A stretch of DNA of 61,802 nt, the filler included, from Choristocarpus tenellus KU-1152 (Eukaryota; Protista; Phaeophyceae), in NCBI GenBank assembly GCA_964200185.2. It is 13 parts of 13 records of this genome, joined end to end, with 100 filler letters (N's around TTAATTAATTAA, not from the genome) between each part and the next. Parts side by side here need not be neighbours in the genome. Positions count along the whole stretch, not along the records: positions 24,254 to 27,939 come from CAXNAD020018529.1; positions 28,040 to 34,885 come from CAXNAD020007230.1; positions 34,986 to 37,685 come from CAXNAD020025522.1; 10 more parts are not named here. One strand, 5' to 3'. Below the pieces are notes generated by a model that worked only from the letters and a program-made list of their open reading frames with translations, had not been told where the DNA came from and did not search any database. The translations under genes were made by a program, and so were the position numbers. Positions 24,712 through 37,285 of this stretch are shown here, piece by piece; within the stretch, counting starts at the first letter, position 1, and every line of letters begins with the position of its first letter.

Positions 24712-27700
24712 TGAAGGCGAATTGTGTGAGATTGATAATAAGGATAATGTGATAGCGTTGTCCATACTGAGCCATCTGACAACTTTTAAAACAGGAACTT
24801 TAAGGGAGGTTGTCAGAAATGAAGAATATCTATGGAGATCGATTCAGTTCACAACACCACGACAAGGACTGAGAGGAATTGTTCATTGGTTTATGTTTAT
24901 ACCATCTAATTGTAGCAGAATGGAAGTACTTCATATTTCATAAAGTACATGGTGAGCCAGGTATTGCTGTCGTTGTTGATGATACAGACGATATGTGTGT
25001 ACCAAGGAATATGAGAAATAATCAATGTACGTATGGTGATATTGTTACTAAGGTATTAGACACAATACGTTCTAGTGAGGAAGGTAGGCGACACATCACC
25101 TGCACCACCACTGTTCAGCCATAACAAGTAGAGCATCAATGACAATACAGTAGGGTAATCATTGAACAATCACTATGTCCAAACTTTGACCTGGACCCAC
25201 ACTACTACTGGTACCTCTGTTGACCCTTAATACAACACAAGCTCGATACATTTTCGAACTGTATGGCCTATTTATCTATCTTGACTGGTTGACCTGGCTA
25301 GCTATATTCTTGAAGATTCCAGTCAACCTCTAAAGATTGCAGTGGACACAAGGTTTGATTAAAACACACTCTGGAAGTATGCACTGAAAAAAATCATAGC
25401 AATGTGGTGGGGGGCGAGCATGCAAAGTGAGGCAAAAAAGGCATACATTGAAATTATATATATGAGGGTGCAAGAACCAGTGTGCGAGTAAGCAACCTAC
25501 TTTTGTTTCAATACATGGCAACAAATAGAAAAAAATTCGAAGTAATAAATAATACGTGTATGTAGAGACACCCTCCACTAAAACGTGATTTAGATTTCTT
25601 ACCTCTTACAGCTATTGGTGTGGTATTCCTCAAAACAGAAAAAAACAAAAAGGACAAAAGAGCAAGAGTAGCCGTAGAAGTAATACTATTCTGTAGTTGT
25701 CTAACGACCCTCATCGCTTTCCTGCTTCGAGGTCCTTACGATGCTACAGGACAAGGGTTTGGGAACATTGTCAGGCTACTCCTCCATGTACACAAGAAGC
25801 AACTCTACAATATTTAAATATGTCAAACTTTTACTTGAACTTTGTAGCCACATATAGTGCCTATTCCTTTCCACAGTTCAAATAATACATCCATATTTGA
25901 AAACAATACTCGTCCATTTCCTCTCTGTTTCCACAGTAGCGCTGACTCAGGAAATAGAGTGGCCAATATCCCCATCAATCTCCTCTCTGCTCCAGAATGC
26001 CCCAAGTCATTAGCACGGGTCTGTTCCAACCAAGAGGCTTGCCTGTGATGGCGACTCAGTGATCAGGGTACGTTTGAATAGAGAACACACACCCAAGCAC
26101 CAATCAATGAGGGATTATTGGAGTAATGCAATCTTGGGCATAAAGTGAAGCCAAAGTTAGAAGCTGCATTTGCAGTTGTCCACCTAACCAAAATGGCTGG
26201 AAAACACACCTAACACCCCTCAACCCTCCCACATTTTCCCCAAGCTCTCAAAAAAGGTTATCCACTCTTATGACCCCAGAGTAATACTCTCAGAAATAAC
26301 ACACGCCCAAAATAAAAACAATCCAGGGCCCGGAAAATCCTTGTCCTATCCAGCCAGCTCGAAGTAAAGCCCCCTCCCCAAAGCGAAGAAGGGAGATTAG
26401 AATTGAAGGACTGATCGAGGCAGACACCAACCAACAACGGATTGTTTGAGTATTGCATTCCCAGGCATGAAGTCCAGGTCTGTCACCACATTTGCATCCC
26501 ACCCCCATCGATACAACTATATGGGACAGATGCACCCATGTCAAACCCACAATCTCCCCAAAACCTGAAGAAACCAGAATGACTACCCACACTGGTGGTA
26601 TATTGTCCACGGCAAAATAAAAAATCCAGAGGTGAGCACTATCCACGGCTCGAAACCCTCTTCTTACGTCAGAGTAAGAGCTTGACTCCAGACCTGCTCT
26701 CTATGACATCTCCAACTCAGCACGTACTGGGTCAATCTATGTGCAATGTTCTAGGTTTGACCCTCGAATCAAACCGCTAGATGGGATTAGGGATGGATCA
26801 GCCCTAAACTACAAATTTTCTGAAATTTATAATCGGTAGTGTGTGCAAGGCACTTTAAGAATATACTTCATAAACTCATGAAAGGAAGGTATGGTATTAC
26901 GATGGTAACGAGCTCATCTCTAACAGGGGGTGGTAGTAGGAACAGGCAGGGAATGAAAACTGTGATGAAAACACTCCCAGAATAACCGGCAAAGGTGAGG
27001 GTTCCACAGAAATCTGGTTTTTAAAAGTATCAACAAAGCCCTGGGAGATTACCCATTTTAGAGGGAGAAGTTACTCTCAACTCTTTTTGTGGAAATCTTG
27101 AAAAATGGGGAAAAGCTTTTATTTCTCCTAAGATTCTGTTCTGCCTCTTCTTCTTTTGTGTGCGATATTTTTTTTCTTCTCACTTTTCTACAACATCATA
27201 TTGTGTCCTCCACCACATTTCAACCCGCCCACCGGCCAAATAAAGATTAAAAAAATGATCTCTTGACCTGAGTCTCGGCTTATGTATGGACAAGTCTTCC
27301 AGTCCATAGTATTCTCAAGGGTGGGCGGTGTTTAAACAAGGTTGTCCTTTCAGGACTTGATGGGGTGTTTTAAAATATCCCAGTTCGATTGCCATTTTTT
27401 GGGTGATCCAGCTTCGGATTCGTTTCGGGTAAGGGAATGGAAAGGAAGGTGTATCCAGATGAAGAAAAATGCCTTCAAATCTTGAACATCCACTCAAAGG
27501 GCATGAAAATCACTGCAGGGTCACAAAGGTCCTGAACATACGCCTGACTCGCCCACTAGGATACAACGGGGCTTCCAGCTATGCATGGTCTTACACATAG
27601 CGCACCACACACGATTCACTTCTTCAACGCAGCAGCGGTTGAAGTTTTGAACTAAATTTTCCTCTGTATGTATTGCCAAATAACAGCATGAGATGGTTAA

Positions 27701-28135
27701 TACTTCGCACCAAGCTGTCTCCAAACCCTAGATCTTGTTATTAATTATACGCACTTTGTTAAGCTGTCCTTAACGATCTGTTGTCCCACACAACTAGTTA
27801 TATTATTGTTTATTAGCTTGTACCACAGTTGAGAAGAGATTGAGATACCTTCACTAGGTGGGGCTCACCAGTCCTTACATTGAATGACTCAGAATACCAA
27901 ATGACTCAACGTTTCTCTAGTACACGTCAGAAACACTCCNNNNNNNNNNNNNNNNNNNNNNNNNNNNNNNNNNNNNNNNNNNNTTAATTAATTAANNNNN
28001 NNNNNNNNNNNNNNNNNNNNNNNNNNNNNNNNNNNNNNNCCCCCCCCTTTTCTTTCCTCCTGGTTACATCCCCCCACCACCTCCAACCCGACCTCCCCCC
28101 CCCCCCCAATCCCCAAACTTCCCAACCCTTCCTAC

Positions 28136-28906
28136 CTTGTGACGACGTTTGCGCACTTCTCCATTTTTCTTATCTCCACCTGGCCCCATAGCCTTTCCAT
28201 CTGGCCCAGCTCCCCCGCCCATCCCACCACCGACAGCTCCGTGCCCGCCTATACTCAAACCCCCTGTATCAACGATCCCTGACCTAGGAAGCAGCAGCTT
28301 GTGACCCTTCAAGGCCAAGGCCGCCGAATCAGCTTCATCTGAAGCGGTGGTGGTCAAATCGAAAGTATAACAAGGACAAAAAATAAAATAAAATAAAATA
28401 ATCGTACTACAATTCTACACCTAGAATAAAAAATCCTGGAAAGAATGCACGACTCAACTCCACACCGTAAAGAAAAAACCTCCGCCGATAGCACAGGGCC
28501 AGAAGAAAAATGCAGCATTTTTTTGTTGTTGTTGAACTCAAGCGTCTATGCAGTCGCACCTGACCAGATCTTCGTTTCATCCAACACCAAACCCAGACTC
28601 GTGGATTGTACACAAAACAAAAAAAGATCCACATCACCTCTACTTGTCACTACCCACCCTCAAGGTGCAATGACGATCAACAATCAACTAGTCTTCAAAC
28701 TACTGCCGTGCAATTAGCACTAGCACAGGTTGGATAGGTTGGATAGACGTCCAAAAAGAATCAGGGCACACCGGGAGCAGCTGCTCAGAAAGATTTCACC
28801 CAGGGTTTAAAAAACAAGGTCATGAACAAAACCAACACAAAAAAAACATTTTTTTTCATTATTCAAAATATTTTCTCCTGTTTATACTTCGAGACCTCTT
28901 TCCATC

Positions 28907-28937
<31 letters not shown>

Positions 28938-31900
28938 CCCCTCCTCCTCTTCCTCCCCCCCCCCCCCCCCCCCCCCCCNNNNNNNNNNTTTTTTTTTTTT
29001 TCAAACATTTTTCTCCTTTTTTTTCCTCCCCCCCCCTCCCCCCCCCCCCCCCCCCCCCCCCCCCACTGTCTCCTTCCAGTTCTCTTCAGCATGCACCAAC
29101 CCTGCTCCGTACCATGTATCCCAGCTACCCAGCTCCTAGAAGCCGCACCCGCAGTCACTCCCACCCTATCCTTTGCTGACTTGTTCATATCTGCAGACCC
29201 TCCAGGTCCACCCTGGAGAGATAGGGAGATACAAGTAAATGTTGATCAAGCAGGGAATAATAAAGGTGTGAGTGTGAGTGTGAGTGTGTGTGTGTCGGGG
29301 GGAGGGGGTGTCAGTACAGAGCGCATTGGAGCAAGTGCATACAATCCATAGTCTTTTCAAAAAGAGAGGGACATATGGTGAGTCGATCAATCAAGAAAAC
29401 CAACGCCAGTCAATTGATCCATTCTTTACAATTACATTTAGCACAACCCAAAGCTCTTTTCCCACTCTGTCCCATTGGCTCTTTAAATCTTATTGCTCCC
29501 TTCAGACCCTCTGTAGAAAAAGCACAGCTACCCCTTTCATCTCCCAAACAAAATACTTTCCCCTTATTTTTTTATTTAACATTGCAAAAAGTATTGTATT
29601 AATACACAACCAATCTGTAGGGTTAGGGTTAAGGTATTTTATTAATATAAATCAATCTGCAGGGGGGACTAACACAACAAACCGCACCGCAAAATCGTTG
29701 CTAGATACAAATTTTAAATAAAGGTAATTAACCCTAACCCTAACATTTCTCATCCACGTGAAATGGAAGCTAAAAAAACCTGTTATCTGCCCCTCCGTGT
29801 TTTTTTAGTTAAATACCAACAAAGCGCCGAGATTACAGTGTTATTAGCACACTGTGACAGAACAGATTTGTCCTACTATCCCATCCGCTCTTACAAAGAA
29901 GCTCATAAAAGCAGCCACAAATGTATCATACATAAACATTCCCTGTTTTCCTGACCCTCACAAATCATATTCCTTCTCCTGCCTACAGAGAGGGGACCCC
30001 AAAAGTAGGAAGAAGCAAGCTACACACCCGCCTGCAAGCGTCAACTGCACCTCTCAAGACATTCCACACATACACAAACACACCCAAGAAACACTCCAAT
30101 CTCAAACCACATTCAAAATACCACAACACTCAATCAACCATAACACAATCAAACACCCCTATCTCTCTTCACTCCCTTCAATACTCATCATCCCTCCACA
30201 GTTTCAACCCAAGACTCACAGTTCTCTTCAGAGTGGACCAAGATCCATCAGGCATGGGCATGGTTGATCCCAAGATGCCAAAATTCCCCCCAACCCCCCC
30301 ACCATCACCATTCCCTCCACGGTCTGCCATTGCAGCTGCAGCTGCTGCCACTGCTGCTGCTGCCCTAGACTCTGCTTCCTCTGTCCGCCTCATAGAGTTC
30401 ACTTCTGCCCTTTCTTCCCGCAGTTCTGCTGCCTGTACAAGTGAGGGAAAGAGATGTGGCAGCGCATATTGGAGCCGTTTCTTTCTAAGTCCTTTCTTGG
30501 TGGGGGTAAGGGAGGCACAAGGGAGGTACTATTCTGTGTGGTGCTCTCTTTTTCTGTTCTCAATACTTGTACTCTGTAGCCCCCCCCCCCTCCCTGCCAC
30601 TCCCCCCAAAAGATATCCACTGCGTGACACCACAACTGTAAACAAGTACAGTCAGTCGATTTGTGAGTGTCAAATTGATCTACAATTTGTGCAACAAAAC
30701 AGTCACAAAAGAATTGAGCGCCAGAAGTCGCAAACTTCTTTGAAAGTGGAAGATGAAACAAAGGCCATGACAACAGCTCCAATGGGATGATTCAAACTTC
30801 AACAAAAATATCAATAAGAGAAGACGAAACAGTTATGCTCGTAATTGTCCAGCAATGAGATGCACTATTCAGAATTGATTGGAAACATCTGATGATACAT
30901 TGTTCATGAACATGGCACTACCAATTTTCAGGAACAATCTGTGCACTATCAAAATTATAGTTAATGCACCATAGCTACAAGGATGCACAGACGAGATGGG
31001 ATGGAGTTCACCCTCAGGCTCCACAGTGCCTTCTGGTCTGGCCACAGGTTGCTACAGAGGCACCCAAATGGTTGTGGACCAGACAAACACCAAACTGTGG
31101 TTGATTGCTTAGGTAATAATAATAACAATAACAATAATCTTTTTGAAAGAAATCTTGAAATATTGTGAAGTATATTTTTTGAACAAGTTGTTTCACCTGG
31201 TCGATGGTCGATGTGTGAAACGTCCCTGACCTTTCGAACTAAGTCAATATACGGGGGCCCGACTATTGTGAAATAGTGTTGCATGGACCGTACCCAGCTA
31301 ACACTCTGCAAATGAAGCAGTTTTGTTGTTGACCTAAAGAATTGTTCATCTTTTGCTACTAGGGATCTAGATTGACTTTGACCATCCACGTGTCAATGCA
31401 TCTGTACTCAAGCAGTACTTTTGTACTCTTATTATGCAATACAATGCAAATAGGGCAATCGTTAGTATGCTAGTTCTTGATGCACAACTGAAACAATAAA
31501 TTGCCTACTAAGAAACTTGGGGATGAAGAGGTCAACCACTCTGAGGTCTCTATTTCGGATAGTGCCAACCATTTGGTTTCACCCAAGTGGTTCCTTACCT
31601 TGTGTTCTGTTGGAGGAAGTCTAGACGTGCGGGCCCGAAACATAAAACCAACACGAAATGTCGCACCTTCACCACGCGCCATTCGCGCATCCCACACACC
31701 AGAAGAGGACGCAGCAGATCCACATCCGCAATGTTAGTCAGTGCCATCCACCTAGAAAAAGCAGCGGCAAATGACGATGAGAGCGAGAGAAGGTTCAGGT
31801 TAGGGTTAGGGACAGGGCTAGAGGTCTTATAGATGAGAGGCTGAAACTTGGTATCCTGAATCTTCAACAGGATGAAACACGAGAAAACTTGGGTGTACTG

Positions 31901-32712
31901 AGATGGGGAACAAGCACAGCCTGGAGGAAAACTGAGAGGGGGTACAATGATATCAAAGAAGCGGCTGCACCTTCTATCTGCAAGACATTCTCACAGAGAG
32001 ATTGAGTTGCAAGGCTGCTTCTCTGACCTCACCGTGTTACTGTAGACCGCTCTTTCGCGTGGTAAAAACTAGACTCGTTTCGTGCCGCATTGGCCCACAA
32101 ATGAGATAGATATATAGCAACCAAGAAAATAAATCATGTCTCTTTCGGATGGAAAAGAGAGATGATCAAAATATCTATCACGTGAAAGTGACTTCTGTGT
32201 CTGATCCTACAAAGCCACGACACAAGTAGTCTTCATTCCTACCTTGGTCGTCCATGGGGTCCAGTGGGGCGTTCTTGAGCGAACACAACTCCGAAGGTCG
32301 GCAATATCCAATCCATAGCACCCACAGACTGAAGAAATACATAGTCCTGTCACTCCCACAGCAGGGTCAAGGTCAAGTAAACGTGCAAATTCAAAAGTAA
32401 ATGGGGCAATCCCGTGCTTGAATTCGTCACAGCACAATCAAAAGTAATGGGTATCGAGCGTATTATCCGGGGTGGTCAAAAAATCACCTCTGTGGCATCC
32501 GCGAGGGCACCATACTTGAAGGAAGCGAAGAGGGCTTGGAAAGATGTGAGGGCCTGAGCTGGGACCCTGATTGGCACAGGAGCGGGGGCATAGTCATTCT
32601 GGGAGACTCGATCTGGGCTAACCAAATCCACGCAAATAGACACATCAGAGGCCACCGGACGAGGGTCAGGTGCCCCTGACCCAACGTTGGGGGTGTTGTT
32701 TAGGGCTTCCAT
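28136..32712 (-). CDS. Hypothetical multi-exon protein, 5' part
   Basis: ATG exon 32488-32712 (MEALNNTP..ALADATE, GT donor), probable exon ending near 32243 (..WTPWTTK|GTAGG), exon 30220-30432 (CAG..GTGAGT, Ala/Gly-rich, 71 codons) and exon ending 28136 (..VRKRRHK|GTAGG). No family recognised; that all exons belong to one gene is an inference. Confidence 0.5.
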
Positions 32713-32887
32713 TCAAGTTCGATGGTTTCTCGTCAGGTTATGTATAACGTATTGACGGTATGAGGATGTTGACACACACAAAGGTGGAGTCAGTCAATTT
32801 CCCTAACCCTAATTTCCAAGTTCATAACGGATAAGCGAACCCTCTCAAGTTTTTTCCACACGATGGTTAGGTTCAGATTGTGAAGCG

Positions 32888-34704
32888 ATGTTGATACGGT
32901 TTACCTTCGCCCAACATGTCTGGTAAGTTAAAGAGAGATAGCTTCCGTAAACATATTTTACAGTCGCTTGTAACTCTGCCTTACTCACTTTGAGCATGTG
33001 AAGGTCAAGTGGAAATATGCTCTCTTTTTGGAAGTACCAAATCGTTGGAACCTTCTTGATACGTTACCTTCGGAAAGACGAATACTTGCGTCTGAGTCCT
33101 ACCACCTAAGCCTTGCCGATGGACTTTTAAAATGAAGACCGCTATTGTAAGCTTTTTCTCTCTATATATATATATCTGTGTGGGTGGGTACCCTGATTCC
33201 CTTTTCCCTACATTTTCTCTTGCCCAGCACTATGTTGGGGTACGCCTACCCCGCCCTTGCTAGTGCCAAGGCCGCTGTGCAAGAGGATGAGACAGCGTTT
33301 ACACAGTGGATGACGTACTGGTGAGTCGTATTGTTGTTGTCGAAGTGTGATCGCAAGGTGATCACAATTACAAGGATTGAGCTCTGTCGTAATCAGTCGA
33401 AAAATGTCTCATGTTCCGTCCAGCAAGATCGAAGTTAAGCCGATGCGCGCCAGGTCATTCTGAGTGGATTGCGGTAGTCCATGAGTCTGCTTGCGATGGA
33501 AAATGAAAAAAAACTCCTTGTATGCGACAATTGTACATGTTAGATGGTTCGTACTCACAGGACTCCAGGAACATTCGAGAGGGTTGGAGGCAAAGCTTGT
33601 TCCCACGCGTTGTGCTTGCTGACGGACTTCAAATATATATATATATATATATATCCCCGATAGAGAAGAGGGGGATGATTGTAAGGACTAGCGCAGGATG
33701 GGTAGTGTCGCCCCCTGCTTCAACACAATACTGGAGGAATGAGGTTCTGCAGCGCAACATCTGACTGACAAACACCTTTACTCCGTCATGTTAACACCCA
33801 CCTCCCCCTTTCATGATTGCCTTCGCTCACTTTCGACCCGTTATGGGAAGGGTGGTGATTTCAGTGTTTGCGGTGGTGGAGACCTTTCTGGACCTCTTTG
33901 TTTCGTGGTGAGTTCTTGGTCCATGATTGACAATTCGTCATATTGGGTAGATCTTTATCGAAAGTACGAAGTTCAATGTTTGTTCTCCACCTACTCTGAC
34001 GTTTTCAATGCGTATGGGAGTCTATGGATATTGTTTCCGCAGGGCAGTGCACAGAAAATAATGTTTGTATACCTGTCCCCATATCCACCTTGGAAAGCCT
34101 CGTACAGATTCACTTCATACATCGATACAAACTAGGAGACGTTCAATTGGGCAAGAACAGAATAACATAATGTAAAACTGCCACTTGACGGAAATTTTTT
34201 TTTTTTTATAAAATTCACCTGTTGATGTGCCTTGAACTATTTCCATTCTTGTGAATGTGCTGATCATGTTACGTCATACTGGAAACGTTTGAAACACTGC
34301 AAGAAGGATGAACACAGGAGAGAGGAGCCATGAACTTCTTGATGGTGTATGCATATGCTATGCCTTACGTCCTTTTATTCTATTAGAACAAACTCGCACG
34401 TTCCATGCACTCTCCACGTCCGTGTTACATGTTCAAGTGTCGCGTCTCCTAGAACAGTGGGCGATCCACAAAGCATAACACCGGTGTTTGTACATCCATG
34501 CGCACAAACACACACACAATACCCATCTCACACCACTCTTCCTCCTCAATCAACTTGCTGGATATACTTGCGTGGATGGCGGATGGATGGATGGCTTGAT
34601 GGATGGGCACTCCCATAACTTTGTTGCTCTTTGTCGCCAGGCTTCCCTTGTATTTTGAAGCCAAAATTGTGTTCATTTTGTGGCTTACACTGCCGAGGTA
34701 TCAG
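32888..34704 (+). CDS. HVA22: HVA22 / TB2-DP1 (REEP/Yop1-like) ER-shaping protein, 5' part (spliced)
   Basis: Exons 32888-32922, 33228-33320, 33851-33907 and 34641-34704 join in phase: MLIRFTFAQHVCTMLGYAYPALASAKAAVQEDETAFTQWMTYWVVISVFAVVETFLDLFVSWLPLYFEAKIVFILWLTLPRYQ. It carries the GYxYP / QWxxYW / WxPxYxExK family motifs and is missed by the ORF track except for exon 4. Confidence 0.95.
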
Positions 34705-34721
34705 GTCAGTGACAGCAAGGA

Positions 34722-34885
34722 GACCCAAAGTATCTGTGGGGAGGGGGGGGTCTACACCACGGCGTCCATTTTGACCCCAAACCAGGAAAAGCGCACCTAC
34801 ATTATCCATCTGACGTATACAACCAAATCACCCAAAAGCCGCGATATGAAAAATTGACCCTCAATGGACAGCCAGCCCCCCCCCC
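34722..34885. mobile_element. MITE subfamily B, truncated at contig end, in HVA22 intron 4
   Basis: GACCCAAAGTATCT.. through the terminal C-tract. Confidence 0.85.
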
Positions 34886-35319
34886 NNNNNNNNNNNNNNN
34901 NNNNNNNNNNNNNNNNNNNNNNNNNNNNNTTAATTAATTAANNNNNNNNNNNNNNNNNNNNNNNNNNNNNNNNNNNNNNNNNNNNTCTTTTTTTTCGTTC
35001 TGCCCCCCCCCCCCCCCCCACCCTGTCAGATACGCCGATCTGCATTTATCTATTTTCTCGGGCAAGTTGTTGGACTTGTAACACATCGCAGTGGGCGAAC
35101 GGGTCAAGGGGTAGGTGGGAAGCAGTCGAGGGACACACACAGCAGGCAGTAGTGAGCAACATGTTGCTGTCGACAGAAAGACCACAAGGGATAAAAAAGA
35201 TCAACAGCGAAAAGATCAACAATGGGCTGACTGAGGATGAACCAAACAAAGGAAACTCGGTAACAACTTGGTAGATCAGAAGATTCATCAGGCGATCATG
35301 GAACGACGACAACACTCCA

Positions 35320-35766
35320 TCACCCACCGTTGGCAATTAGCCTCTCTTCTGCTTGGTTGAACTCCATGTAGACCCGCATCATGAAAGGGCATTCGGGATC
35401 AAACTCTCTCTCCAGCACCGCTATTCTATGGTTTCCGTCCAGTGTTCGTCCTTGAATGGCAAGCGCAGTTTCGGCGGTGAACTGGTTCCCGTTGCCTGAG
35501 CAGTCTCGTTGGATGACGACAGACGGAGCAAACTGCTCCAGCCAGCCTTTTTCATGGATGGACTTGCTGATGTGCACAAGGCCACGCTCGCTCAGGGGAC
35601 GCACCATCTCCGTGCATGTGATGTTGCCGAGTTTCATCTGATATGTGCCGAGGTAGTGATGCTCTAGGAGCGAGGACATGCCCTTCAGATTGCTGTACCA
35701 CGTTCTTGATCCGTGGGCAGCGCAATCGACGGGCGGGTGGGTTGTTGTTGAGTGAATGCTGGACAT
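35320..35766 (-). CDS. ParB/Sulfiredoxin-superfamily N-terminal-domain protein (probably first exon)
   Basis: 148-aa ATG ORF with VRPLSERGLVHISKSIHEKGWLEQFAPSVVI ... TLDGNHRIAVL ... EERLIAN, matching the ParBc pattern (R..; l..SI...G...P..V; DGxHR; E..liA). Probable donor G|GTGGGT near 35327 and a phase-compatible CAG acceptor near 35165. Confidence 0.72.
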   Translation of the reverse strand: MSSIHSTTTHPPVDCAAHGSRTWYSNLKGMSSLLEHHYLGTYQMKLGNITCTEMVRPLSERGLVHISKSIHEKGWLEQFAPSVVIQRDCSGNGNQFTAETALAIQGRTLDGNHRIAVLEREFDPECPFMMRVYMEFNQAEERLIANGG

Positions 35767-36019
35767 TGTGAAGATTGGGAGGGTGTGATGGGGATCGATA
35801 AATAACAGGTGCGCGTGGTATGTACGGAAGGGAAGGAATTGAAATGAGGAGCGAGGGCTGGGAGGTGCTGCTTTATTTCATCTGGTCGGTTGGTCCTCAA
35901 AACTCAGATTTATCTTTCCATTGATCATTGTGTTATAAAAAATACGAATATCAAACAGCATACGATTTCATATTGAAAAGAGATAGAGAGTAACTGTTTT
36001 CTTGTTATCTTTTCGTTTC

Positions 36020-36665
36020 GTACGTTTGAAACGTATTGGATCAATGAAGGATGTGGTTAGTATTTTATTTGTTGATATAAAGATTAGAATATTATTATTA
36101 TTTCGTAAAAACCCTAACGCACGTGTTTTGGGTCTTCAAGGGTTTAGACGATCAGATCTGATCTTTAAAACTCTATATCCACTTTTTTTGTCGTCTCTAG
36201 TATATTAAGAATACTAAAGTCGCCAAAAAGCGGTTTTAGTATATAACTAAATTGTCGGTACCAGTTGGAAGTGACCTTTTAGTTTCTGAAAATTGGAAAC
36301 GTGTGAGACCCATAAAGTGCGTGCTTTGTATCTTCAAAAATTGCAAGAACGGTTATTACTGGATTTACTATTTCTAAAATCCTAATGCACATGTTTTGGG
36401 TGTTCAAGGGTTTAGCGGATCAGATTCTGATCCGCTAAACCCAAACAACCTCGTTTAGTCATCTCTAGAGTATTTTCAAGAATGTAAATGTCCAACAATT
36501 TAAGATTTTGTACTTCAAAAAATTAGAGGGTGCCAGTTTTTTGTTACCTTTTGGTTTCTGAACATTGGAAACGTACAAGATCAATGAAGTATGTGATTTG
36601 TATTTTAAAAATTTTGTGTGTACGTATATAATCGGATTTACAACTTTCGAAACCGTAATCCGCGG
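36020..36665. repeat. Diverged ~270-bp tandem repeat (~2.4 copies) with central palindrome
   Basis: GAAACGT anchor at 36028, 36296 and 36568; GTTTTGGGT-TTCAAGGGTTTAG at 36125 and 36393; CCTTTT-GTTTCTGAA-ATTGGAAACGT near 36275 and 36547. Perfect 17+1+17 palindrome at 36408-36442. Confidence 0.88.
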
Positions 36666-36758
36666 ATTTTCAGGATCATGGATCTCAGGGTGGTCCCACG
36701 GATAGCCCAGAGCTCAAACAAAGTTCATACGCCTGCCTTCGAATCTAATCACTCCTAG

Positions 36759-37285
36759 ACCTTCTCACTGCCCAAGACCGCCTGTTGCCCCAAAACACCG
36801 TGACAGTTGCTTCCACAGCAAGGGGGCGGCTTTTGTCGCCTACGTCTCCCTCTGTGTTGCCCCCTCACCAGCCCGCCAACAATGATGCGCTGGGGCTTTC
36901 TACCAATGACGCTTCAGCGACCGGCGCCAAGCTTCGCCAAGGATGGGCTCAACCCATCCTGGTCAACGAACAGGGTGACTGCTGCAAGCGCTTAGCCTGT
37001 GTGAAGAAGTTCGCGGCAGATAGCGAGTCCTTCCTTGCACGCATGTTGGCCAAAGAGCAGGACATCATCCGGGCGTATGAGAACCGCCGCGATCACAAGC
37101 ACTTCGTTGGTGACTGTGTACCTGTATTTAAGTTGGGACCTGGAGGCGGATCTATGCTCGCGGCCAGCATTCCCGTCTGTATGCAGTTTTTCAAGGCATT
37201 GTTCGGAATATCCAATCATGTCATCGACGCTTGCAAAGGCACACCTAACGCAAGAGCATCCACCGGCGTGGAGAGGTGGGTTTGA
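36759..37285 (+). CDS. Cys-rich hypothetical protein, possibly the N-terminal region of a Sola-like/DUF7869-type transposase
   Basis: Open for about 175 codons, GC-rich coding-like composition; motifs CCKRLACVKKF and IPVCMQFFKALFGIS. Start codon unresolved (possible acceptor CTAATCACTCCTAG ending 36758); probable donor AG|GTGGGT near 37275. Family assignment is from memory of the VCxxFFxxxxGIS motif. Confidence 0.5.

Noticed and set aside
25850-26700. Degraded LINE ORF2 C-terminus (LLWKQRGN, Cys/His cluster on the minus strand)
   Set aside because: Only a vague resemblance; no RT or endonuclease motif could be traced.
28910-29065. Poly-Pro/poly-Gly ORFs
   Set aside because: Homopolymer C/T runs around a 10-N gap; low-quality sequence.
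32888-35766. Functional linkage of HVA22 or TPP with the ParB-like module
   Set aside because: They lie on different contigs separated by artificial linkers.
35320-35766. Sulfiredoxin annotation for the ParB-like ORF
   Set aside because: It lacks the catalytic Cys of the GCHR motif (has DGNHR).
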